The notes: generated by a model not told the origin, from the letters alone. A stretch of DNA of 64,000 nucleotides from Candidatus Yanofskybacteria bacterium RIFCSPLOWO2_02_FULL_44_18 (GCA_001794755.1 MGKT01000008.1:11491-75490), one strand, 5' to 3'; positions 1 through 8,838 are shown, counted from the stretch's first letter. Translations and numbers: made by a program.

Positions 1-888
1 TCCGATGGGATTTTTCTTTTTTCCCAGTGAAAATTCCGCAGGAATGATTTTTGGCACTTCTTCAACCGCTTCAACGGCTTTGGCCACGGACTTTTCCTTG
101 GATTTAGAATCAGCCAATCTGGGAGTCATTTCAGTCATGTCCGGAGCAGTAGCTGGCGGCGCATCTAATTCCCGCGGCTGGGGCCGGGCTTTGACGGCTG
201 ATTCCTTGACCTCTCGCATGTTTATATACAGCGCCGTGCAGGCGAAATTTTCTTTATTCCCTTTAATTTCGTTTATTTTATCGGCGAATTCTTCCGGTTT
301 TGACTTGGCCAAGTACTCTTTTATGGTTTTTTCTCTGGCGGTTATGGATCGGTTTGGATAAAACGCGAACAGTCTGTCGTCAAGGCAAAGTTTGCCGGAT
401 ATCACGCTGGAAAATTCTTTTTCTTCGACGTGCTCTTTTTTAAATAGCTCAATGTTGTTTAAAATATCAATATTTTTTCCGGCTCGGGAAAGAATGACTT
501 TGAACTTTCCTAGCTTGGATATGTATACCTGATCTCCGGCAATGGCAAAAACCCCGATGTTTATTTTCGCGTCTTTCTTGGTGAAGAATTCGTCAACTAC
601 GTCGTTTACTTTCCGAAGGGCATTCGTAAACGCGTCGCGGGGCGATATTCCGGAATTTGAATAATATTCGCGCTTGGCCAATGACGCGACGAGGTTCGTG
701 GCATAAGCCAAGTCATTCCCGTTGCTGTCTTCACCGCCGGATATGTTGCCGAGAACAAAGAGGTTGCCCAAACCTCTTCTGTCATCGTCGTTTTCGTAGT
801 CATAAATAAAAGTATCGCTATGTCCTTCCTGGGCCGCGCCTTTAATCAATATTTCCTGGGCTGCTGGTTTTGTATAGACTCTTTCCAT
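1..888 (-). CDS. Conserved CPR-type protein with degenerate PP2C-like N-terminal domain (3' end outside window)
   Basis: Not in ORF track. ATG at 888 reads MERVYTKPAAQEILIKG...LGNLFVLGNI...AFTNALRKVN...INIGVFAIAGDQVYISKLGKFKVILSR...VISGKLCLDDRLFAFYP toward the window edge; the pattern resembles a PP2C fold. Confidence 0.6.
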   Translation of the reverse strand, partial: MERVYTKPAAQEILIKGAAQEGHSDTFIYDYENDDDRRGLGNLFVLGNISGGEDSNGNDLAYATNLVASLAKREYYSNSGISPRDAFTNALRKVNDVVDEFFTKKDAKINIGVFAIAGDQVYISKLGKFKVILSRAGKNIDILNNIELFKKEHVEEKEFSSVISGKLCLDDRLFAFYPNRSITAREKTIKEYLAKSKPEEFADKINEIKGNKENFACTALYINMREVKESAVKARPQPRELDAPPATAPDMTEMTPRLADSKSKEKSVAKAVEAVEEVPKIIPAEFSLGKKKNPIG

Positions 889-977
889 GGTTTAGCGGAG
901 AAGTTTTTTAATCGCCTAATTTCTGTGTGTTGCAAAAATCAATCGAGTTCTGTAATATACCACCATTCTAAATTCAC

Positions 978-1175
978 GTGACGCATATGTCAAAGCCAAC
1001 TCTTGATAACCTGTTCGGATCAAAGCTTCGGGTTAAAGTTTTAAAGTTCCTGTTCCGCAATTATCCCAACGATTTTAGCATCCGCGATGTGGCCAAATTT
1101 GTCCAGGAATCGTATGACGCCACCAAGATGGAGATAGAATCCCTGAAAGAAATCGGATTGGTCAGGAAAAAATAA
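978..1175 (+). CDS. Winged-helix HTH protein (N-terminal half of the CPR HTH-nucleotidyltransferase type); probable start ATG 987
   Basis: LFGSKLRVKVLKFLF...FSIRDVAK...EIESLKEIGLV is an ArsR-like wHTH pattern. Confidence 0.65.
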   Translation: MTHMSKPTLDNLFGSKLRVKVLKFLFRNYPNDFSIRDVAKFVQESYDATKMEIESLKEIGLVRKK

Positions 1176-1176
1176 C

Positions 1177-1632
1177 ATGAAAAAGAAAACCAAAAAGAAA
1201 AATGCCGTCCGAAGAGTTAAAACTCGATCCACAAGCGAGAGATTTGTTTTAAATCCCAATTACGAATTCTACAACGAATTAAGAAGCCTGGTTTTGAAAG
1301 CTTCTCCGGCCGAGAAAGATAAATTAATAAAAAGAATTTCCAATTTGGGCCGAATCAGACTGGCGATAATATCGGGTATCTTTTTATCAACCGGAGATGA
1401 CAATTCCGGAAACGGAAATTCGGTGGCTGATTTGTTTATCGTCGGGGACGATATAAACAGAAAAAGATTGAGAACATTTCTGGCCAGTCTTGAAGCGGAA
1501 GTGGGAAGAGAAGTTCGATTCAGTCTCATGGATAAAGAAGAATTTGAATATCGGTTCGGAATGTTTGACCGCTTTGTCCGGGTTATGCTTGAGAATCCCC
1601 ATGAGAAAATAATTAACCGGCTGGGGATCTAA
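1177..1632 (+). CDS. Minimal nucleotidyltransferase-like domain protein
   Basis: LAIISGIF...ADLFIVGD...LEAEVGREVRFSLMDKEEF resembles the MNT-like fold. Confidence 0.65.
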   Translation: MKKKTKKKNAVRRVKTRSTSERFVLNPNYEFYNELRSLVLKASPAEKDKLIKRISNLGRIRLAIISGIFLSTGDDNSGNGNSVADLFIVGDDINRKRLRTFLASLEAEVGREVRFSLMDKEEFEYRFGMFDRFVRVMLENPHEKIINRLGI

Positions 1633-1638
1633 ACGCTC

Positions 1639-1789
1639 AACCGAATCACTTTTGACGCACCAGTCGCTCGCCCCAGCGAGGCTCGCTCCCTACGGTGCTC
1701 GGTCTGGCTTTTGTCAAGATATTCGCTTCGCTCAATCATTGACAAAACCGTGCAGCCAGATTCGCAGGTTGGTCAAAAGCGATTCGGTT
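1639..1789. repeat. Structured intergenic element with 18-bp terminal inverted repeat and nested hairpins (REP/MITE-like)
   Basis: AACCGAATCACTTTTGAC (1639-1656) vs GTCAAAAGCGATTCGGTT (1772-1789), 1 mismatch; inner TCTGGC/GCCAGA and TTTTGTCAA/TTGACAAAA. Confidence 0.6.
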
Positions 1790-1801
1790 TCGGTTCATTC
1801 T

Positions 1802-2665
1802 ATGCATACTCCTGTTTTATTAAATGAGGTTTTGGATTATTTAAATCTTGCTTCCGGCAAGAAATTTATTGATTGCACATTAAACGGCGGGGGGCATACG
1901 AAAGCTGTTCTGGAAAAATTTTCGGGCGTGGAAATTTTGGGAATTGAATACGATCCGGTCATTGCCGCCCAAGTCTCCAAGGAACTGTCCGTCAAAGTTG
2001 TTAACGACTCGTATATAAATCTGCGCGCGATTGCGGAGGCCGGCAGTTTTTATCCCGATGCCGTATTATTCGATCTCGGTCTTTCTTCATGGCATTATGA
2101 ATCAAGCGGCCGCGGTTTCAGTTTCCAGAAAAATGAGCCCTTGGATATGCGTTTTAATCCCATGGCTAATTCCTTAACCGCGGCGGAAATAATCAACATG
2201 CAGCCGGAAAATGATATTTGCGAAATTCTTAAAGAATATGGCGAAGAGCAATTCGCGGAATCAATATCCAGGGCGATTATAAAAGCAAGGCAGATAAAGC
2301 CGATTCGAACGACTCTTGAATTGGCTGAAATTATATCCAACAGCGTTCCCGGCTGGTATAAGAAAAGAAAAATTAATCCGGCCACAAAAACATTCCAAGC
2401 GTTAAGGATTGCCGTCAATGATGAGTTGGAGAACGTAAAAAGGGGAGTAGCGGCGGCGATTGATGTTTTAAACCCCGGCGGCCGGCTGGTTGTCATTTCA
2501 TTTCAGGGTCTGGAGGACAAGATTGTCAGGGAAATATTCAAAGAAAAAGCAAAAGAGGGTATATTAAAATATGTCGTCAGAGGAACCATAAGGCCGACAT
2601 GGACCGAACAGCAATCCAATCCTCGTTCCCGATCGGCCAAAATGAAGGTGGCAGAAAAGACATAG
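1802..2665 (+). CDS. rsmH: 16S rRNA m4C1402 methyltransferase
   Basis: MHTPVLLNEV, DCTLNGGGH, FDLGLSS, RGFSF..NEPLDMRF, PATKTFQALRIAVNDEL, NPRSRSAK; start moved to ATG 1802. Confidence 0.96.
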   Translation: MHTPVLLNEVLDYLNLASGKKFIDCTLNGGGHTKAVLEKFSGVEILGIEYDPVIAAQVSKELSVKVVNDSYINLRAIAEAGSFYPDAVLFDLGLSSWHYESSGRGFSFQKNEPLDMRFNPMANSLTAAEIINMQPENDICEILKEYGEEQFAESISRAIIKARQIKPIRTTLELAEIISNSVPGWYKKRKINPATKTFQALRIAVNDELENVKRGVAAAIDVLNPGGRLVVISFQGLEDKIVREIFKEKAKEGILKYVVRGTIRPTWTEQQSNPRSRSAKMKVAEKT

Positions 2666-2736
2666 GGCGGTTAGTTCAGTGGTAGAACGTCCGATTCACA
2701 TTCGGAAGGTCGCAGGTTCAATCCCTGCACCGCCCA
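2665..2736 (+). tRNA. tRNA-Val(CAC), CCA not encoded
   Basis: Acceptor GGGCGGT/ACCGCCC, D arm GTTC/GAAC, anticodon arm TCCGA-TTCACAT-TCGGA, T arm GCAGG-TTCAATC-CCTGC. Confidence 0.95.
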
Positions 2737-2790
2737 CTTGCGAAAATATAAATTCGTGGTATTGTTTATAAAGTTTTTTTGGGAGGACAA

Positions 2791-3075
2791 ATGAAGGTGA
2801 GACTTTACCCGAAATCGCCTGACCGGCTGATAAATGATAATGATTCGTGCCGCGGCTTCATGAGTGGGCTGATGCGCGATCATAATCTTTCGTTTGCTGA
2901 CGTTTCAAAGATTGATAATGCGAATCTCAAACAGGTGAACATGATTGGGAGTGAAGGAAAACCTATCCTGGAATCGTGGTGGCAAGTGATAAAAGATAAT
3001 CCCAATTGCATTCTGGTGCTGAATGTGTTTTTTACAACAATAATGTTATTTCTCATCATACTTCTCTTCATATAG
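2791..3075 (+). CDS. Hypothetical protein with C-terminal transmembrane helix
   Basis: GGAGG SD before ATG 2791; hydrophobic tail ILVLNVFFTTIMLFLIILLFI; followed by a terminator. Confidence 0.6.
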   Translation: MKVRLYPKSPDRLINDNDSCRGFMSGLMRDHNLSFADVSKIDNANLKQVNMIGSEGKPILESWWQVIKDNPNCILVLNVFFTTIMLFLIILLFI

Positions 3076-3097
3076 CGGCCATGGCCGCTTTTTGTTT
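3074..3097 (+). terminator. Intrinsic terminator
   Basis: AGCGGCC-AT-GGCCGCT followed by TTTTGTTT. Confidence 0.65.
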
Positions 3098-3099
3098 CT

Positions 3100-3190
3100 A
3101 GTTATCCACATTGTATCTTCATAATCCATCTGATAATATGACTTTGAAGTGGAAAGAAGTGGGAGAGAGTGGATAATTTTGTGGATAACT
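3100..3190 (+). promoter_or_regulatory. mraZ promoter region with MraZ-binding GTGG repeats and two DnaA boxes
   Basis: GTGG at 3149, 3159, 3169 (10-bp period) and 3181; TTATCCACA 3102-3110 and TGTGGATAA 3180-3188. Confidence 0.75.
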
Positions 3191-3194
3191 AAAT

Positions 3195-3629
3195 ATGTTA
3201 ATAGGCGAGTTTAAACACAACCTAGATGCCAAGAAAAGACTCGCCATACCTTCAAAACTCAGAAAAGAGCTTGGCGAAGGCGCGGTTCTAACCAGGGGAT
3301 TGGATAATTGTCTTTTTGTCTTTCCGTCTTCCGCTTGGAACGAGTTTACCGCCAAAGTCGGGAACTTATCTTTTGCCCAGCAAAGCGCAAGGGCATTCAG
3401 CCGATTGATGCTCTCTGGTGCAGTTGAAGTCGAATTTGATTCATTGGGCCGAATATTGATTCCGGATTATTTAAAAACGTACGCCGGCTTGAACAAAACG
3501 GCCATAATTACCGGCATATACAACCGTTTGGAAATATGGGATGAGCCCAAATGGAGTGCTTACAAGGAAAATATTGAAAAAAATTCAGACGCCATTGCCG
3601 AAAGATTGGGCGAGTTGGGCATAATGTAG
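3195..3629 (+). CDS. mraZ: Division/cell wall cluster transcriptional regulator MraZ
   Basis: MLIGEFKHNLDAKKRLAIP, TRGLDNCL, DSLGRILIP, RLEIW. Confidence 0.96.
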   Translation: MLIGEFKHNLDAKKRLAIPSKLRKELGEGAVLTRGLDNCLFVFPSSAWNEFTAKVGNLSFAQQSARAFSRLMLSGAVEVEFDSLGRILIPDYLKTYAGLNKTAIITGIYNRLEIWDEPKWSAYKENIEKNSDAIAERLGELGIM

Positions 3630-3732
3630 CGTCCGGAAGGTGGTTAGCGAGGAGTTGGGCTTAACATGGTAGGGGGTACCTCAAAAAGCCGCCTCGCTAT
3701 TCACCTTTTGGACGTAACCGGGTGGGGAAGGA

Positions 3733-4083
3733 ATGCCTCTGCCGGACCGATTGACCGTAAATAACAATACATTATCAAAGTCGGATCTCGCGCCGCGCGT
3801 CAATGGTATTATTTTTATTAATTTTCTCCTTCTGGGAATTTTTATTTCTCTCATTTTCGGTTACGTAGTTTTCAGCAATAAAATAACCGCAGACAGCTAC
3901 CAGGTTAAGATTTTAAATGACCGCATCTTGAATTTAACAGAAGACCACGGCGCATTAACCGCTCATCAGGCCGAATTGGAAGATGAATCTCTTCTAGCCG
4001 ACTACGCGCAGACCCACAATATGGTTGAAGCCGCGGATATAAGCTATTTGTTTGAAAACGGCGATGTCGCTTTGAGGAGATAG
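3733..4083 (+). CDS. Probable cell division protein FtsL-like (TM + coiled coil)
   Basis: Single TM followed by a heptad region ending LADYAQTHNMV; lies directly before ftsI. Confidence 0.55.
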   Translation: MPLPDRLTVNNNTLSKSDLAPRVNGIIFINFLLLGIFISLIFGYVVFSNKITADSYQVKILNDRILNLTEDHGALTAHQAELEDESLLADYAQTHNMVEAADISYLFENGDVALRR

Positions 4084-4098
4084 TAGTATAATTGAAAA

Positions 4099-5850
4099 AT
4101 GAGCCGTCATGAAACCTTAAGAGTCAATATATTTTTCGGCTGCATTATCCTTGTCTCAAGCCTAATTCTTTACAGGCTTTTTATTTTATCTTACATCAAA
4201 CACACGGCGTATTCTTTGAGCGCCGCCGCCCAAAGCGACAATATAAATAACGTGCTGGCCAGAGGGAACATATATTTCAAAGATCCGCTGTCGGAGGAGA
4301 CGAATAATTTGTTTCTGGCGGCGACAAATAAAAAATTTCCGACGGCGCACGTCGTGCCGAATAAAATTCCACCTGATTCCAGAAATGAGATTGCCGAAAA
4401 ATTAAGCGGCATAGTGGCGGCGGATAAAGAAGCGGTGCTGAAAATTTTAAATTCTAATTCCTCAAACTTAAAAGTGCTCGCCCGCAAAATATCAAACGAA
4501 CAAGTCAACGCCGTTAAGGGCATGGGTCTTAAGGGTGTCGGTGTATCTTATGAAATGGACAGATTTTACCCCGGTGGGAACACGGGCGCAGATGTTTTAG
4601 GGTTTTTGGGCTATGACTCTTCGGGCCGATCGGGCCAATATGGAGTCGAGGCTTATTACGATTCGGATTTATTCGGAAGAGTGGACGATCCGTCCAAAGC
4701 GCCAATCGAATCAGCAAAAGGCCTGATATCGTCGGCCAAAGGCCTTTTTTCCAAAGACTATAAACCTATTCCCAGTCCCGATATTAAGATTAACCGTCCG
4801 GCCGATTTGGTTTTAACCATAGATAAGAACATCCAGGCGTATATCGAAGACAAAGCCGAGGAGTTGATGGCCAAATGGAGCGCGACCGGCGTGACGATTA
4901 TCGTCCAAGACCCGGCCACGGGCAAAATATTAAGTATCGTAGATCGGCCGACATTTAATCCCAACTCGTACAGTACGGCCAAGCCGGAGATGTTTTTGAA
5001 CAGAAGCACCCAAGAAATTTTTGAGCCGGGCTCGTCATTTAAGCCGTTCACCATGGCCGCGGGACTGGATTTGGCCAAAATAACGCCGCAATCATTTTTT
5101 CACGATACGGGCTCGGTGACCGTGGCCGGTTATACGATAAAAAATTTCAGCGACAAAATATTCGGTTCAGTAACCATGAGTCAAGTTTTGGAGAAATCAA
5201 TCAATACCGGCGTCATGCATGTCGAAAATTTGGTGGGGGATGATAATTTTTTGAATTACGTGGTCAATATGGGATTCGGACAGAAAACGGGCATAGACAT
5301 GCCCGGAGAATTGCACGGAGACATAACAAATTTGTATTCCGGCCGAAAAATTAATTATCTGACGGCTTCTTTCGGCCAAGGCATAGCCGTAACGCCGATG
5401 CAATTAATCAACGCTTACTCCGCCATCGCCAACGGCGGCAAACTGATGCGTCCGTATGTCGTGGAAAAAATAATAAAGGAAAATGGAAAAGAAGAAATAA
5501 CAAAACCGGAAATCGTGGCTATACCGATAGGGGACAAAACATCCCAGAAATTAAAATCAATGCTTGTAAGCGTCGTCGATAACGGTTTTGACAAAGCTCG
5601 GATTGCCGGATACGATGTTGCCGGTAAAACGGGAACAGCTCAAATCCCGGATGGCAAAGGCGGATATCTGGAAAACGAATTTATACACGACTTTGTCGGA
5701 TTCGCGCCGGCCTATAATCCTAAATTCGTAGTGTTGATTAAGATGGACAAGCCCCAAGGCATAACGTTTGCCGCCGACAGCTTGTCACCGACGTTCAAAG
5801 ATATCGCCAACTATCTTATCCGCTATTTTAATATCCCGCCGACAAGATAA
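4099..5850 (+). CDS. ftsI: Class B penicillin-binding protein (FtsI/PBP2-type transpeptidase)
   Basis: N-terminal TM, RGNIY, RFYP, SxxK (GSSFKP), SxN (SIN), KTG (GKTGTAQ). Confidence 0.9.
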   Translation: MSRHETLRVNIFFGCIILVSSLILYRLFILSYIKHTAYSLSAAAQSDNINNVLARGNIYFKDPLSEETNNLFLAATNKKFPTAHVVPNKIPPDSRNEIAEKLSGIVAADKEAVLKILNSNSSNLKVLARKISNEQVNAVKGMGLKGVGVSYEMDRFYPGGNTGADVLGFLGYDSSGRSGQYGVEAYYDSDLFGRVDDPSKAPIESAKGLISSAKGLFSKDYKPIPSPDIKINRPADLVLTIDKNIQAYIEDKAEELMAKWSATGVTIIVQDPATGKILSIVDRPTFNPNSYSTAKPEMFLNRSTQEIFEPGSSFKPFTMAAGLDLAKITPQSFFHDTGSVTVAGYTIKNFSDKIFGSVTMSQVLEKSINTGVMHVENLVGDDNFLNYVVNMGFGQKTGIDMPGELHGDITNLYSGRKINYLTASFGQGIAVTPMQLINAYSAIANGGKLMRPYVVEKIIKENGKEEITKPEIVAIPIGDKTSQKLKSMLVSVVDNGFDKARIAGYDVAGKTGTAQIPDGKGGYLENEFIHDFVGFAPAYNPKFVVLIKMDKPQGITFAADSLSPTFKDIANYLIRYFNIPPTR

Positions 5851-7136
5851 TGCTGGAATCAATTCTAAAATTCAAACTGAATATATTGGCCCACATGTAT
5901 TTGCGCCGTTTTAATCCCATGATTATCGCCGTAACCGGCAATGTCGGCAAAACTTCGACGAAGGAAGCCATCGGAGTTGTTGTTGCCAAGATTAAGAAAA
6001 CAAGAATCAGTGGGGGCAATTTGAATAACGAACTCGGAATCCCGATGACAATATTGGGGGATTGGGAAAAAGAATATTATGACAAAGGCCCGTCATTGTT
6101 TTTCTGGATTAAGGTGCTGATGGCCGGTTTTTTTAAATATTTTTTTCCTCAATCGTATCCCGAGGTATTGCTTTTGGAATACGGCGCCGATAAGCCTGGA
6201 GATATCGCCAGGCTGGCGCGGAAGTACCGGCCCCATATTTCGGTGGTTACATCGGTGGGCGACATACCCGTTCATGTCGAAAATTTTGCCAATCCTGAGG
6301 CTGTGGCCCATGAAAAATCTAATCTCGTAAAGATTCTCGATGTTCGGGACTATGCCGTTCTGTCGTATGATGACATGTCGGTGCGGGAAATGAAGAATGT
6401 GACCAAGGCTCACGTCCAAACTTTCGGATTTGAACAAGGAGCCACAGTCGTCGTTTCTGATTTCAAATTAATTTCCGCCCAAAGGCCTATCGGCGTTGAG
6501 TTCAACTTGGTTCATGAGGGGGAAAATGATCCAGTGAGCATAAAAGGAAGCCTCGGGAAGGCGATTGGCCAGTCAGCGGCGGCTGCCGCTTGTGTTGGCG
6601 TTATACTGGGTTTGGATATGCGCGATATCGCCGCTGCTTTAAACGGATGTACCGGGCCCAAGGGCAGATTGAAGATAATAGAGGGAATAAAAAAATCATG
6701 GATAATCGACGATACGTATAACGCGGCGCCGGCTTCCACGCGTTTAGCCCTTGAGACGTTAAGAGATATTCCCGCAAAAAGAAAGATCGCGGTTTTAGGG
6801 GATATGCTGGAATTGGGCTCATACTCCGTAGACGCTCATAAAACTATCGGCGATTTAGTTGGAAATGCGGCCGATGTTCTCGTAACCGTGGGCATGAAAT
6901 CCAAATTCATCGCCGACGCGGCCGGTAATCAGATGATGAAAGAAAATATTTTTTCATTTCAAACATCAGAGGAAGCCAAGTTAAAAGTTCAGGATTTGAT
7001 GCAAGAGGGGGACTTAGTGCTGGTTAAGGGTTCGCAGGGTATGCGGATGGAGAAAATAGTCGAAGAAATCATGGCCGAACCGGATAAGGCGAAAGATTTG
7101 CTTGTCAGGCAATCTCAAAGCTGGAAGAAGAAATAA
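5850..7136 (+). CDS. murF: UDP-N-acetylmuramoyl-tripeptide--D-Ala-D-Ala ligase
   Basis: VTGNVGKTSTKE, NNELGIP, IDDTYNA, VLGDMLELG, VLVKGSQGMRME. Confidence 0.9.
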   Translation: MLESILKFKLNILAHMYLRRFNPMIIAVTGNVGKTSTKEAIGVVVAKIKKTRISGGNLNNELGIPMTILGDWEKEYYDKGPSLFFWIKVLMAGFFKYFFPQSYPEVLLLEYGADKPGDIARLARKYRPHISVVTSVGDIPVHVENFANPEAVAHEKSNLVKILDVRDYAVLSYDDMSVREMKNVTKAHVQTFGFEQGATVVVSDFKLISAQRPIGVEFNLVHEGENDPVSIKGSLGKAIGQSAAAAACVGVILGLDMRDIAAALNGCTGPKGRLKIIEGIKKSWIIDDTYNAAPASTRLALETLRDIPAKRKIAVLGDMLELGSYSVDAHKTIGDLVGNAADVLVTVGMKSKFIADAAGNQMMKENIFSFQTSEEAKLKVQDLMQEGDLVLVKGSQGMRMEKIVEEIMAEPDKAKDLLVRQSQSWKKK

Positions 7137-7179
7137 GATGGTTTTTTATCAAGGAAAATGTTATGATGCATTGATTTTT

Positions 7180-7251
7180 GGCCTCATCGTCTAGCGGTTA
7201 GGACACGTGATTCTCATTCACGTAACAGGGGTTCGACTCCCCTTGAGGCTG
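7180..7251 (+). tRNA. tRNA-Glu(CTC), CCA not encoded; integration target
   Basis: GGCCTCA/TGAGGCT acceptor, CGTGA-TTCTCAT-TCACG anticodon arm, AGGGG-TTCGACT-CCCCT T arm. Confidence 0.95.
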
Positions 7252-8838
7252 CATTAGTGGATTTTTATCGTAGAGACGCTCATAATCCTTTTGTTTTACA
7301 ACGGTTTTACGAGGTTCTAGCCGTTTGTGTATCTTAGAAACTTCAGCAGATATGGTTTTCATTGGGAATAGCGATTTTTCTAAATCAATTTGCAGTATTC
7401 GGTCTTTTAGTAACAGGTTCTGACCAAGTGCCGATAAAATGCCTTTTCGAATTGCAATACTGCCGTTGTTGAATTTTCCAACCGCATCTTTAACGAATGC
7501 CAACATTTCATCAGCGACACTAAGCCATCTGTTTATTCGGTCGCCTGTATCACCAAGCAACTCCTCAAGTTGAGCCTTTTCCTTCTTTAACGGGGCCATT
7601 TTGGCGTTATACTCGTCATCTCCAATGAGTTGAGCGGCACGCATATCCATATAGCCATCAATCTTCTTTAGACAAAGCGTGTAACCTGCTTGCTGGGTCT
7701 TTAAGACAGCATTTCTGCTCCCAGCCTCTTTCTCATTCTCTTGCCGAAACCATTTCATAGCATAGGTTTGAAATTCAGGCGGTATCTGTAACTCCTCAAT
7801 CTTCTTATTGATTTGTTTCTTGAGCTCCGTAACTTCAATGGAGCCTTGGCTACAGGTAGGAGTTATTCTTTTTGAGCAGTGATAATAAACATAGTGATGG
7901 ACATTGCCATTATTTTGATGCTTCCACTTCTCTTCAATGACAATTGTGCCCTTGCACTCTCCGCATTTCATCATACCTGGAAAATCAAAAATATGATTTT
8001 TTGGTCTCGGCCGTCCTTTTCTGCCAAGTAGATATTGTATCTGGTCATATTCTTCTTCGGTAATCATCGGCTTATAGTTGCCCTTAATCCAATCTCCGCT
8101 TCCCATAGGATATTCAAAAGAACCATAGTAAAAAGGATTGCTAAAAATCTTATAGAGCGTGCTTCGGCCTATGGGTGTGCCTTGTCGTGTTTTGAACTTC
8201 CATTCTTTGGTTACTATCCTGAAAATCTCTACGACAGTGTAGTTCCCCGTGAGCATCAAATCAAACATTCGCCTGACCGTATCAAAGCGTTCGGGGTCAA
8301 CGAGGTTTTTCTTAGCTCCTCGTTCTGTATATTTATCGCTCATATAACCAATAGGGCCACGGCCAGGGAATACGCCAGCTTGTAATCGGGCCCGAAGCCC
8401 TCGTTTTACATCCTCGCCTTTATTATCATTCTCTAATTTGGCCTGACTACAGAATAGGTTGAGTAAGAATTTATCGTTAGGGGTGTTACGAAATACTTGG
8501 CTTGGCGTTCGCACTTCCACAAGCTTTTCAATATCAAAGAGATAGATAATCTTGCCTGTATCAATTGAGTTTCTTGAAATACGGCTGGCATTCCAGACCA
8601 ATAGGGCATTAGCTTCACCTTTCTCAATCTTCTCAATCATCTTATTAAAAATAGGTCGGCCTGGATGCTTAGCAGAATGGGACTCCTCTAAAGTAGCAAC
8701 GACAGAGAGCTTATCTTTTTTTGCTACGTCATCCAGTTCTCTAATTTGAGAATCAATTGAAGCTACCTGTCTATCTTCTTGTTCCGAAGACTTACGAGGG
8801 TAGATAAAGTATTTAATTTTTGTATTATCGTTTTTCAT
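7198..8838 (-). CDS. Large serine recombinase (resolvase + recombinase + Zn-ribbon/coiled coil)
   Basis: YPRKSSEQEDRQVASIDSQ, ESHSAKHPGRPIF, SRISRN, PIGY, NPFYYG, CGEC, YYHC; C-terminus runs antisense into tRNA-Glu. Confidence 0.93.
   Translation of the reverse strand: MKNDNTKIKYFIYPRKSSEQEDRQVASIDSQIRELDDVAKKDKLSVVATLEESHSAKHPGRPIFNKMIEKIEKGEANALLVWNASRISRNSIDTGKIIYLFDIEKLVEVRTPSQVFRNTPNDKFLLNLFCSQAKLENDNKGEDVKRGLRARLQAGVFPGRGPIGYMSDKYTERGAKKNLVDPERFDTVRRMFDLMLTGNYTVVEIFRIVTKEWKFKTRQGTPIGRSTLYKIFSNPFYYGSFEYPMGSGDWIKGNYKPMITEEEYDQIQYLLGRKGRPRPKNHIFDFPGMMKCGECKGTIVIEEKWKHQNNGNVHHYVYYHCSKRITPTCSQGSIEVTELKKQINKKIEELQIPPEFQTYAMKWFRQENEKEAGSRNAVLKTQQAGYTLCLKKIDGYMDMRAAQLIGDDEYNAKMAPLKKEKAQLEELLGDTGDRINRWLSVADEMLAFVKDAVGKFNNGSIAIRKGILSALGQNLLLKDRILQIDLEKSLFPMKTISAEVSKIHKRLEPRKTVVKQKDYERLYDKNPLMQPQGESNPCYVNENHVS

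Noticed and set aside
5-361. 118-aa plus-strand ORF and the many other short ORFs antisense to or nested in recognised genes
   Set aside because: Shadow frames of genes with clear family motifs on the other strand or frame; no independent signals
1652-1801. N-terminal extension of rsmH in the ORF track
   Set aside because: Runs through the hairpin element; homology starts at MHTPVLL (1802)
3100-3190. Possible oriC because of DnaA boxes
   Set aside because: Only two boxes, no adjacent dnaA/dnaN or unwinding element; better explained as mraZ regulation
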